From contig NC_057719.1 in assembly GCF_004010195.1 (NCBI RefSeq), forward strand, positions 94,531,674 through 94,595,673: DNA of 64,000 nucleotides. The letters are read 5' to 3'. The DNA is from Chiloscyllium plagiosum (taxonomy: Eukaryota). The notes under the pieces are model-generated. The model saw only the letters and a list, made by a program, of their open reading frames with translations, searched no databases and was not told the DNA's origin. The translations under genes and the position numbers were made by a program. Shown here one piece after another: positions 40,247 to 52,330 of this stretch (position 1 is the stretch's first letter; each line of letters starts with the position of its first letter).

Positions 40247-41773
40247 ATCATCAAATATGCCTAAAATTCCCTTACAACATTTGACGTTAAGCCCATTCTG
40301 ACTTAAAATCCTTAAGTTTTTTGTGGCGTAAATGAAAATTGGCACTGGTGCAATAAGAGATGCCCTTTTGAGTTTGAAGATGGGGTGAAAATTAGATGTA
40401 GAAAAGAGACTTTTCTTCATGCAGCAATTTTTTTTTAACCTGAATTCTGCTCAAATAATTCAATGCAGAATCAGTATGGAGAAGCCTTTTTAAACCCCGA
40501 GGAAAGTTTCAGTGTCTTGCAGTTTCGGAATGCCTCGCGCAAAATGCGTATTGCTTCCACTGAGGGCAGTTATGGTATTGCATTGTTGTCTTTTCTATTG
40601 TGATGTAAATAGTCCTGCCTGATTTTCACGAAGGTTTTGACATTTTAAAAGATGTAAACAGATACTCCTTTAAGTTAGTTGAAATTAAAATGAACACCAT
40701 TGTTTGTAAATTTCTTTCCCCTCTACATAACTTCTACTTCTGGAGTCTTTTGCATTTGGCTGCATCAGGCGCTGATCTTTATCGTCAACCTTGACGTACA
40801 CTTTGGTCAATGAAAGCTGGTGCTGATTAACTCTTTCGAAACCACAACCCAAAGCAGATTCATAACGTTAGTACATTCTGATTGATGCAAACTAGGCGAG
40901 GCTAACTTTGCATTGAATTGAGTGGATGCATAGTCAATCTCTGGTTCTAAATGGGATAATCATTGGTTGATATCAACTTCCACCATCCCTTGAATGATTT
41001 CTTTTTGGATAAGATACCACCTTTTCCTGAGATCGTTCTGTTCATTATGGTTTGTTGATGACTTATAGGTACCCAGAGTTCATCTGCTAAGATTTATTGA
41101 ATTGGTGAGAGCTCCTATTAAATCAAATGCTTTATCAATGATGGTTTGTTTTTAGTGGCCGTATGCTAGGGACTGTATTATTGCTCGTGACTGGTGCTTT
41201 GAAAAATTCTCTTCTTAACAAATGTTTAAGTGGTAAATTGTAAATTACTTTAAAATGTACAATATAAAACTAATACAAAAGATGGTTGCTGACCTAAAGC
41301 ATGTGTAGAATATAAATGAAGTATGACAATAAATATGTAAAAAAGACAACATAATGAACTATACATTCACTTAATACATAGTTTTGGGCAATAAGATTCA
41401 GAAAGGACTATACTGAAAACTAGTCTCATATTATTACAGCAACAATTCTCATACAAAGAATGCATTTAGCAAAATATAATTACTCTCTTTCTAAAATACT
41501 ACACATTAATCCCCAAAATAGAACTCAGCTTTTAATTTTCCTTTCCCATTCCAGATAATAGGATCCTTTAACTTTCTTTAAAAACCCATGTGCTTGATAA
41601 GGATTTAATGAGATGAGCTTACTCAGTCAACCTTGAAAGGTTGCAAGTTCTCTGTTTGTTCTCTGAAAATAAGTGTAACAAGGGTCTGTCTTTGAAGTCC
41701 AAGCTGTGTCAGTCACATTGTACATTAGTGACCTACACTGAATGTGTTTAGCCAGAATAATGTGCTTGGGCTA

Positions 41774-42009
41774 TAAAAACAGAAATGGCTGGAGAAACTC
41801 AGCAAGTGTGGCAGCATCTGTGGAGAGAAAGCAGAGGTAATGTTTTGAGTCCAGTTACCCTTCTTTAACACAAGAAGAAGGGTCACTGGACCTGAAACAT
41901 TATCTCTGCTTTTTCTTCATAGATGTTGCCAGACCTACTGAGTTTCTCCAGCAATTTCTGTTTTGTTTCAGATTTCAAGCACCTGCAGTTCTTTGTTTTG
42001 TTTTATTTT
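41774..42009. mobile_element. Palindromic element built from an older PLE-like terminal repeat (family 4)
   Basis: ~95-bp inverted arms centred near 41870, with a remnant GAAGAAGGGTCACTGGACCTGAAAC. Degenerate 15-bp flanking repeat ending TTGGGCTA. Related copies are at 32480-32615 and 56500-56665. Confidence 0.65.
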
Positions 42010-44384
42010 AATATATTTGGGCTAACTGATGAATCGGCTTTGATTATTTGATATGATTAAAACTAAAATGCATTATTTAACATGGACGACCCTACAAGTT
42101 CTTACCTTTCCAGAGAGCAGTCTATTGTATGGATTGCTATAGCCATTATGAATGCTTACCTGAGTTTCAAATACTAATGCATTTCAACACAGAAGCCATT
42201 TAGTTCATCTGAGAGTGAATGCCAGATTCATGGACCTGCAGTGGTGGATTGGTCCTTTGCAGTTTTGCTTTTGGTTTGTTGTCACAAACTAACAGGGATG
42301 TAAGGTTTCTGTTTCACAGGACAGAGTACATGATTTTCTCTGGAATAAGGTGGAAGTTTTTATCAGATGATGAGCGGTTTTTTCTTAAGGAATGTAAAAT
42401 ATTTTCCATTTGTAATCTGAGAATGGTACATATTCAGTAAATAGCTACGGGAGATACTTTTGGTGCAACGAGGTGAGATGTTATCTGACTGGGCATAGTG
42501 TATACATGGGGGTGCAAAGATGGTATGGCCATTAGAGTCAATATGGATCAATGTAAAGGGCTAGTGAGGAGTGGAATACCATATGGGAGAACTTTCTAAG
42601 GTCTTCTAACTGGCCCACAGTACTTGCACTCTCCAGTATGGTTTGTAAACTTCCGTGCAAATTCAATCTCAGCCTAAAAAAGTACAACTGGCATGTGGAG
42701 TCACACATTGATTGATTCTCCAGTTTGTGAGTGACAAAAATGAAGAGATTGGGTTTTCCCAAACCCAGGGGAATATTCAGTCTTACTATTGATGATTTAA
42801 TGGGATTGTGATATTTTCTGGATTGTAATCTGTTTTCTTTTCTGTAGCTGTTTTTTTTAATGGATTTAGTATTAAAAGTCTTCTAAAAGGTCTTCATATT
42901 GCAAACAAAAAATGTCATTTGTGTGAGAATGTGTTTACTTTTCTGGACTGGTTGTCTGGAAAAATTAGATTCTGCATCCCATTACAGTCTGCTAAATCAA
43001 AAAGGACAGGCTGAATCCTTTCTTTGTCCCATTCCGCTACTGGCCACGACAGAGTTTAACTTTAGGAGGGAGGTGACATTTCCAATTTTCAGTCATCTAA
43101 ATTACAAATTAGACTGTATTTAGCTCCAAATCAGAACAAACCAGTCAGGTTCCTGAAGTTAACAAATAAAAATTTAGTTTTATTGCAAAAGACTTACTCA
43201 AGCAAAGTTATGAAAAAGTAACCAATGGCTTAAGATGTGCAAATATCCTGAAAATCCCCTGAAAATCTATGTAGGTGCTTTTTTTTTAATTCACTCATGG
43301 GATGTCTGAGCCAGGGTTTATTGCCTGTGCCTAGTTACCCTTGGTGGTGATGAGCTGCCTTCTTGAACTGTTACAATTGACTTGCTGTAGGTTGACCTTT
43401 AGGGAGGGAATTTCAGGATTTTGACTCAGTGATACTGAAGGAACAGCAATATATTTCCAAGTCAGGTTGGTGAGCCGCTTAGAGGGGAACTTGCAGGCAA
43501 TGGTGTTTGCATGTATTTGCTGCCCTTGTATGTGCACAAAACAGAAAAGAGCACCATCTGTTTCATTCACCGTTTAAAAGGATGGACATTCAGACCAATT
43601 GGTTTTAAAAAAATCAAAATCAGATAAAAGAGTCGCAGATTTTGTAAATGTTAAACTACACTCAGTTTCTTTCCACATAACTCATAGTGTTAGAATTTCT
43701 TTCTGGATTAATTATGCTGTTTGAAATGTCTTTTTCTGGAGACAGTGATGTAGATTCAGGCTTCTGTTTTGAAACCTTCCACCCACAGCAATAAAGTCTT
43801 CCAGTAGGTTTTTGATACTCAAATGCTGATGACAGGGGTTTTAGAAAGAGTGAGGGCAAAAGCTTGATACCCCTGGGCAGTTACTTTCTTTATTCAAAAT
43901 AAATTTATTTAACCCCATAATCTGGGATTTGTGTGAACAGCTAGTGTTCTTCAAAAATGCAACCATTTTGTTGTTATATCCAGTGCACACCACTTTGAAA
44001 AGTGTTGCCTAAAAAAAGAAAGCAAGACACATTGGTTCAGCTGGTGATAGTACAGATGAATGAATTATTTTACCCAGCCGAATAAATTATAAATTAATAT
44101 TTTAGATGAAACATCTTTATAACACTGTTACATATAAACATAGAAAATAGGAGCAGATGTAGGTCATTCAGCCTTTGAGGCTGCTGCACCATTCAATGCG
44201 ATTATGGCTAGTTATCTAACTCAGCCTCTTGATCTGCTTTCTCCCCATATCCTTTGCTCCCTTTCGCCCTAAGAGCTATAACTAATTTCTTCTTGAAAAT
44301 ATTCAATTTTTGGCCTCAATCACTTCCTATAGCTTTTATGCTTTATTGAAACTACTTATTCCAGTTTTAGACTGATATAAAATA

Positions 44385-45230
44385 TGGTTCTGTTCGCCGA
44401 GCTGGGAATTTGTGTTGCAGACGTTTCGTCCCGTGTCTAGGTGACATCCTCAGTGCTTGGGAGTCTCCTGTGAAGTGCTTCTGTGATATTTCCTCCGGCA
44501 TTTATAGTGGTTTGTCTCTGCCGCTTCCGGTTGTCAGTTCCAGCTGTCCGCTGCAGTGGTCGGTATATTGGGTCCAGGTCGATGTGCTTATTGATTGAAT
44601 CTGTGGATGAGTGCCATGCCTCTAGGAATTCCCTGGCTGTTCTCTGTTTGGCTTGTCCTATAATAGTAATGTTGTCCCAGTCGAACTCATGTTGCTTGCC
44701 ATCTGCGTGTGTGGCTACTAAGGATAGCATGTCGTGTTTGTCCTATGTAGTGTTTTGTGCAGTCCTTGCATGGGATTTTGTACACTACATAGACAGCTAA
44801 TGACCCGCATCCATGAACACCAACTAGCCACAAAACGACACGACCAGCTATCCTTAGTAACCACACACGCAGATGACAAGCAACATGAATTTGACTGGGA
44901 CAACACTACTATTATAGGACAAGCCAAACAGAGAACAGCCAGGGAATTCCTAGAGGCATGGCACTCATCCACAGATTCAATCAATAAGCACATCGACCTG
45001 GACCCAATATACCGGCCACTGCATCGGACAGCTGGAACTGACAACCAGAAGCGGCAGATTCAAACCACTACAAATGCCGGAGGAAATATCACAAAAGCGG
45101 TTCACAGGAGGCTCCCAAGCACTGAGGATGTCACCTAGACAGGGGACGAAACATCTGCAACACAAATTCCCAGCTCAGCGAACAGAACCACAACAACGAG
45201 CACCCGAGCTACAAATCTTCTCACAAACTG
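44385..45230. mobile_element. Penelope-like element (Poseidon-type GIY-YIG end) as a divergent inverted repeat, with a hammerhead in each arm
   Basis: Minus VVYKIPCKDCTKHYIGQT at ~44735-44788; plus RQLMTRIHEH...AREFLEAWHS. Arms are ~44385-44728 and ~44847-45190, flanked by TATAAAATA repeats. Confidence 0.88.
45119..45158 (+). ncRNA. Minimal type-I hammerhead motif (PLE family 3); mirror copy at 44417-44456 (-)
   Basis: GCA-CTGAGGA-T-GTCaCCT agac AGGgGAC-GAAA-CATC-TGC. The mirror copy retains GAAACGTC. Confidence 0.7.
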
Positions 45231-45306
45231 TGGTATAAAATATTACGGTAGATTAATATAAGCTGTTGCATCATTTAAAATAATATATTTTGCATTTTTG
45301 TTGTAG

Positions 45307-45378
45307 ATTCAGAATGCTAATGATGTTTTAATTGCACCACTGGAGAAGTTTCGTAAAGATCAAATCGGAGCAGCAAAG
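45307..45378 (+). CDS. ARHGAP42: Internal coding exon (72 bp, phase 0/0) of a GRAF-family Rho GTPase-activating protein, BAR domain; best match ARHGAP42
   Basis: Acceptor ...gcatttttgttgtag| and donor |gtaagt flank ATTCAGAAT...GCAGCAAAG = [24 protein letters not shown]. From memory, ARHGAP42 reads [24 protein letters not shown], while the paralogues ARHGAP26, ARHGAP10 and OPHN1 differ more at the N-terminal end. Neighbouring exons were not found in the window. Confidence 0.88.
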
Positions 45379-45759
45379 GTAAGTAATGCAGTTTTATTTT
45401 TAATATCTATTTTATTAAACATGATATTGCAAACATATTTTCTCAATTGTCTGATTTTTACTTTTTCATGAAATTTGGACATCTACAATAGGGCGACCTT
45501 TATTGCCCATTCCTAATTGAGCTGGAAAAGATAAGTTATCTTCTAAACTTTTGCAGTCCTATTTAGCAACCACCACTGTAAGGGAGAGTTTTAACCATTG
45601 ACAAAAAAGACAATACCATTCAAAGTGACGATGGTATGTAACTTATAGGTGCTGTTCTCATGTGCCTGCAGACCTTGCTCTTCAGGTTTAATTTTCCATC
45701 GGAAATAGGCAAAGCTGGTAGAATGAACATTTGTCCACCACCCCTAACTGAGCTTATTC

Positions 45760-46400
45760 TTCTTCATTCATGGGAAGAAGGTGTCACTGACTAAGCCATC
45801 ATTTATTGTCCGTCTCTAATTACCCAGAGAGTAGTTAAGAGTCAACCACATTGATGTGGGTCTGGAGTCACATCTAGGTCAGACGAGATAAGTTTGGCAG
45901 TTTCCTTCCCAGTAAACCAACCTCTTCCTATAGCTCAAATCCTCCAACCCTGGCAACATCCTTGTAAATCTTCTCTGAACCCTTTCAAGTTTCACAGCAA
46001 CCCAGGTAGTGGGCGGCACGGTGGCACAGTGGTTAGCACTGCTGCCTCACAGCGCCAGAGACCCGGCCTCCCACAGTCCAAAGATGTGCAGGTCAGGTGA
46101 ATTGGCCATGCTAAATTGCCCGTAGTGTTAGGTAAGGGGTAAATGTAGGGGTATGGGTGGGTTGCGCTTCGGCGGGTCGGTGTGGACTTGTTGGGCCGAA
46201 GGGCCTGTTTCCACACTGTAATCTAATGTAATGTAATCTAAAACCAGATGGGTTTACCCAACAATGAATTTAAGGTCATCATTAAACACTTATTTCCAGA
46301 TTTTTATTGAATTCAAATTCCAGCTTTTGCTGTGGCATGATTTGAACCCAAGTTCCAGTAAATTACCTGGGTCTCTGGATTAACATGTTAATATCATTGC
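45760..46400 (-). mobile_element. Deu-domain-like SINE (SacSINE1-like), interrupted by a chimeric insert
   Basis: Reverse-complement similarity to 63345-63700. Confidence 0.55.
46009..46240 (+). mobile_element. HE1-like SINE with an internal deletion
   Basis: Head GTGGGCGGCACGGTGGCAC and a TAATC tail. It lacks ~85 bp including the B box. Confidence 0.85.
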
Positions 46401-46462
46401 TTTCCCTAGATTTTCTACATCATTTTCACGGGGCAGTTGTTTTTCAGCCACATTATTGTGGA

Positions 46463-46763
46463 GGTAAAAACAAGGGCTGCAGATGCTGAAAACCAGAGTC
46501 TAGATTAGAGTGGTGCTGGAAAAGCACAGCAGGTCAGGCAGCATCCGAGGAGCAGGAAAATCGATGTTTCAGGCAAAAGCCCTTCATCAGGATTAGAGGC
46601 AGCCTGCCTGCAGAGTGCCCATCCCCCTCTCATTTATCTCTCCAATCTGCAGGCACACTGCCTGTAATCCTGATGAAGGGCTTTTGCCCGAAACATCGAT
46701 TATCCTGTTCCTCGGATGCTGCCTGACCTACTGTGCTTTTCCAGCACCACACTAATCTAGACC
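46463..46763. mobile_element. Palindromic PLE family-1 insert with two opposed hammerheads and a 15-bp TSD
   Basis: TSD CCACATTATTGTGGA at 46448-46462 and 46764-46778. Hammerhead motifs at 46559-46594 (-) and 46666-46701 (+). Confidence 0.87.
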
Positions 46764-46984
46764 CCACATTATTGTGGATCAGAGTCGCCATAGGCCAATC
46801 CAGGTAAGGTAGCTGATTTCCTCCCCAAAAGGATATTAATGTACAATATGACAATAAATAGTTTCACGATCGTCATACCCTGATACTATCTTCTAATTCC
46901 ACATTTTTTCAAATATATTGATTGAATTTAAGTTTACTCTACTGTCACGGTAGAATTTGAACTTAAGTCCTTGGAGCATTAGCC

Positions 46985-47660
46985 CTGAACAAAGAGAACT
47001 TGGAGTGCAGATTCATAGTTCCTTGAAAGTAGAGTCGCAGGTAGATAGGATAGGCATTGGTATGTTTTCCTATATTGGTCAAAGCATTGAGTATAGGAGT
47101 TGGGAGGTCATGTTGCGGCTGTACAGGACATTGGTTAGGTCACTTTTGGAATATTGTGTGCAATTCTGGTCTCCTTCCTATCAGAAGGTTGCTGTGAAAC
47201 TTGAAAAGGTTCAGAGAAGATTTACAAGGATGTTGCCAGGGTTGCAGGATTTGAGCTATAGGGAGAGGCTGAACAGGCTGGGGCTGTTTTCCCTGGAGCA
47301 TCGGAGGCTGAGGGGTGACCTTTACAGGGGTTTATAAAATCATGAGGAGCATGGAAAATTCTTTTCCCTGGGGTGGGGGAGTCCAGAACTAGAAGGCATA
47401 GGTTTAGGGTGAGATGGGAAAGACGTAAAAGGAACAGAGGGAGGTGCATGTATGGAATAAGCTGCCAGAGGAAGTAGTGGAGGATGGTACAATTACAGCA
47501 TTTAAAAGGTATCTGGATAGGTATATGAATAGGAAGGGTTTGGAGGGATATAGGCCAAGGGCTGACAAATGGCACTAGATTAGGTTAGGATATCTGATCG
47601 GCATGGATGAGTTGGACTGAAGGGTCTGTTTCCGTGCTGTACATCTCTATGACTCTATAA
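46985..47660 (+). mobile_element. CR1 3' fragment
   Basis: LEYCVQFWSP, RRLRGDL and a 3' UTR tail. Confidence 0.88.
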
Positions 47661-48037
47661 CATGAGCACCAATCCACTATCTCTTCCCGGTAGACAATAT
47701 GAGTTTGGAAGATTGTATTGAAGGGAGCTGCGATGTTGCTGCAGTGCATATTACAGAAATTACTCATTACGTCCACAGTATGTCATTGGTGTATCAGTCA
47801 AGATGGCTGCATATTTCTGAATAGTGCTGAATTTGCTGTATGTTGTAGGAGCAGAACTCGTTGAACTAAGTTTGTGGCCGGTATACAATCAGACATCATA
47901 CTTACGCTTTGTAGATATTGGACAAGCTGGAAGGTCAGGAGATAGCTTCTGACATGCTTTTGAAGTCATGTTATCAATATGGCAATCTGAATTATGTTTC
48001 TGGTCCATGGCTATTAATGGGTGAGGAATCAATGATT

Positions 48038-50789
48038 AGGTATCTCAACATCATCTCAAACATCAAAAACTGTAAGTACAACAAACTTTTATACACCCAC
48101 CTCCATAACCTGCACTCCTCAAACATTCCAGAAGATTCCCCGCCTCTGGAACTGTTCGGACGCCATTAGCAATGCGGCTGGTGCAGCTACCATCCCCACG
48201 GTGATCGATGATGTCACTTCTGCCCCCATCACGGCCACTTCCACAACCACTTCTGCCCCTCACAATTCCGTATGCANNNNNNNNNNNNNNNNNNNNNNNN
48301 NNNNNNNNNNNNNTCCTAGCTTCCAGCCCTGCTGAGTTTTCACCATTCCCCCAGACCTGCCCCTTACAGAGGATGAACGATCAGTCCTCAGCAAAGGCCT
48401 TACCTTCATCCCCCTCTGCCCACACATCAATGTATTTAATACACGCCGTGACGTCGAACACTTCTTCGCCGCCTCCACTTCCGAGCTTACTTTTACAAAG
48501 AGGACCCCCGCCCACCTTCTGAGGACCCCTTTTCCCACCTCCAATACACTCCATCTACCTGGACACCTCGTGCTGGCCTATTACCCGCCCTCGATGTCTT
48601 CATTTCCAACTGCCGCCGGGACATTAACTGCCTCAACCTGTCTACCCCCCTCCCCCACTCCAACCTCTCACCCTCACAACACGCAGCCCTCCAATCCCTC
48701 TGCTCCAATCCCGACCTCATCATCAAGCCAGCGGATAAAGGGGGCACAGTATTAGTCTGGCGCACTGACCTCTACACCGCTGAAGCCAGGCGCCAACTCG
48801 AGGACACCTCTTCCTACCGCCCCTTCGTCCATGATCCCACCCCCCATCACCAAACCATTATCTCCCAGACCATACAGAACCTCATAACCTCAGGAGATCT
48901 CCCACCCACAGCTTCCAACCTCATAGTCCGGGAACCCCGCACTGCCTGGTTCTACCTCCTTCCCAAGATCCACAAGCCTGACCACCCTGGCCGACCCATT
49001 GTCCCAGCCTGCTGCTGCCCCACCGAACTCATCTCTACCGTGGGCGGCACGGTGGCACAGTGGTTAGCACTGCTGCCTCACAGCGCCAGAAACCCGAGTT
49101 CAGTTCCTGCCTCAGGCGACTGACTATGTGGAGTTTGCATGTTCTCCCCGTGTCTGCGTGGGTTTCCTCCGGGTGCTCCGATTTCCTCCCACAGTCCAAA
49201 AATGTGCAGGTTAGGTGAATTGGCCATGCTAAATTGCCCGTAATGTTAGGAGAAGGGGTAAATGTAGGGGAATGGGTCTGGGTGGGTTGTGCTTCAGCGG
49301 GTCAGTGTGGACTTGTTGGGCCGAAGGGCCTGTTTCCACACTAAGTAATCTAATACCTACCTCGACACTGTTCTATCCCCCCTAGTCCAGGAACTCCCCA
49401 CATACGTTCAAGACACCAACCATGCCCTCCACTTCCTCAAGACTTCCATTTCTCCTGCCCCCAACGCCTCATCTTCACCATGGATATCCAATCCCTCTAC
49501 ACCTCCATCCGCCATGACCAGGGCCTCCAAGCCCTCCACTTCTTCCTCTCCCGACATCCCCAACAGTAACCTTCAACTGACACTCTCATTCGTTTGGCTG
49601 AACTGGTCCTCACCCTTAACAATTCCTCCTTTGAATCCTCCCACTTCCTCCAGACCAACGTAGGCAGGTAGGAGAAGTCATGGGGACAGTGCTGAGCTGG
49701 AAGTTTGGAGCTGGGGTGAGGGGAAATGAGGAAACTAGTGAAGTCCACATTGATGCCCTGTGGTTGTAATGTTCCGAGGTGGAAGATGAGGCGTTCTTCC
49801 TCCAGGTGTCGGGTGGTGAGGAAGCGGCAGTGAAGGAGGCCCAGGACTTGCATGGCCTCGGCTGAGTGGTAGGGAGAGTTGAAATGTTGGGCCACAGGGC
49901 GGTGTGGTTGATTGGTGCGGGTGTCCCAGAGATGTTCCCTAAAGCGCTTTGCTAGGAGGCGTCCAGTCTCCCCAATGTAGAGGAGACCGCAATGGGAGCA
50001 ACAATTTCTGCAGTGACTACCTGGTCAGATCCACGCCCCCCAACAACCCACCTTCCCATCCTGGCACTTTCCTCTGCCACCGCAGGAATTGCAAAACCTG
50101 CGCCCACACCTCCTCCCTCACCTCCATCCAAGGGCCTAAAGGAGCTTTCCACATCCATCAAAGTTTTACTTGCACATCCACCAGTATCAGTTATTGTATC
50201 TGTTGCTCCCGATGCGGTCTCCTCTACATTGGGGAGACTGGACGCCTCCTAGCAGAACGCTTTAGGGAACATCTCTGGGACACCCGCACCAATCAACCAC
50301 ACCGCCCTGTGGCCCAACATTTCAACTCTCCCTACCACTCAGCCGAGGCCATGCAAGTCCTGGGCCTCCTTCACTGCCGCTTCCTCACCACCCGACACCT
50401 GGAGGAAGAACGCCTCATCTTCCACCTCGGAACATTACAACCACAGGGCATCAATGTGGACTTCACTAGTTTCCTCATTTCCCCTCACCCCAGCTCCAAA
50501 CTTCCAGCTCAGCACTGTCCCCATGACTTCTCCTACCTGCCTACGTTCCTTTCCACCTGTCCACTCCACTCTCCTCTCTGACCTATCACCTTGATCCCCA
50601 CCCCCACTCACCTATTGTACTCGATGCTACTTTCTCCCCACCCCTACCCCCCGCCCCCCCTCATTTATCTCTCCACCCTGCAGGCTCCCTGCCTCTATTC
50701 CTGATGAAGGGCTATTGCCCGAAACGTCGATTTTCCTGCTCCTTAGATGCTGCCTGACCTGCTGTGCTTTTCCAGCACCACTCTAATCC
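48038..50789 (+). mobile_element. Penelope-like element, Neptune-type (RT plus Cys-rich GIY-YIG), decayed, with a 14-bp TSD
   Basis: TSD AGGAATCAATGATT at 48024-48037 and 50790-50803. Motifs LSKGLTF, IIKPADKGG, FYLLPKIHK..GRPIV, MDIQSLYTSI, CHRRNCKTC...YCICCSRCGLLYIGETGR..RFREH. The terminal repeat has a hammerhead at 50697-50732. Confidence 0.92.
49040..49353 (+). mobile_element. Full-length HE1-like SINE inserted in the PLE RT
   Basis: Same family as 29961-30301, with a short TACC duplication. Confidence 0.9.
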
Positions 50790-52044
50790 AGGAATCAATG
50801 ATTGTTGAGCAATTTAATGTTTGGGGGTAGTGGGTTTTGTGTGGCAAATTAACCAGGTAATTCTGCGTGCATGCTTTGTTTAAATCATTATTTAAAGAGT
50901 TGTGAATGGGAATCAAAAACTGTGGAGTGATCAACAAGCATGTGTACATCGCAAGTACAATGGGAGTAAGATTATTGATGCAGCAGCAGAATATGGTTGG
51001 GTTTAGGACACTTCCTAGAAGTTTGCCTGCAACGATGTCTTGGGGATAAGATGATTTGGTTCCACAACCAAAGATAGCTTTCTTTGTGCTCGGCAATACT
51101 TGAACCAGTGGAGAATTTTTCCTGATTCCCACTGACTTCCATTTCACTATCGTTTATTGAGGCCACACTCTGTCATAGCAGTTCTGTTGTCAACAGCAAA
51201 CACCCCTACCTCACCTTTGCAATTCAGCTGTTTGTCCATTTTTTGCCCTAGACTATAGTGAGGTGAAGAGAAGAGTAGCTTGAAGGCGAGCAGGTTACTC
51301 TCCCTAAAAGGCATGAGAAATTATAATTATTTTTCCGATGGTTTAAAAATTAGAAAACTGTAGGAATGGGCTGGTTTCCAAGCCGGCCTGAGATAATTTT
51401 GAGTGACTCACACCTTAATTTCAATTAACAGTGTAACAATGGTAGCTTTGTGAAAAAAATCTATTATTGCAAATTTTATCATCGATTTTATTATTTTAGA
51501 GGTGATGTTTACTTCTAGAAAGATCTTGTTGTAAAGATAAGGTAAATAAAATGCTGGACTTTAGTGAGTGCCAGAACTCTAATTTTTATTTAAATAAAAG
51601 GCAGTTCAGAGCATAACCTTAGTTTAATTGGGCAAAATATTTCTCTTGTAGGAAGAGGCACGGCAGGTCTCAGGAATAGGAAATTATGGGCAAGTTGATG
51701 CTGTACATGTACTGTCTCTTTCCTACTACCTCAACAATAAACGTATGGGTAGGAAGGCTTCTGATTGGCTTTCCAACCCTCCAGGAATTAAGACCCTTAA
51801 CCTGTCAATGTAGTGATCATTTAAGGGCCTCAGCTTGTCACCAGCCCAATTAACCACTTCTCGGCTTCCTTTCCAACAATGATACCATCTAAAGTATAAT
51901 GGTTCAACCCTTACGTTCTAGACTTGTATGTGAAAAATGATCAGTTGGACAAGATAAGGAGGCTACTGATGTTGATAGGGTTGCACACTCACAAGAGTTA
52001 GGGCATTTAGGAGAGAAGAGAACAATTGGAAATCTTGAGGTTTC

Positions 52045-52330
52045 AAAGAACAAAGAAAATTACAACACAGGAACAGGCCCTTCGGCCCTCCAAGCCTGCA
52101 CCAATCCAGATCCCCTATCTAAACCTGTCGCCTATTTTCTAAGGGTCTGTATCCCTTTGCTCCCTGCCCATTCATGTATTGGTCTAGATACATCTTAAAT
52201 GACATCTTTAATAGTGCCCACTACCATTTCCACTGGCAATGCGTTTCAGGCACCTACCACCCTCTGTGTAAAGAACTTTCCACACATATCTCCTCTAAAC
52301 TTGTCCCCTCTCACCTTGAACTCGTGACCC
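52045..52330 (-). mobile_element. CR1 3' end fragment
   Basis: The tail matches the reverse complement of 3590-3690. Confidence 0.8.
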
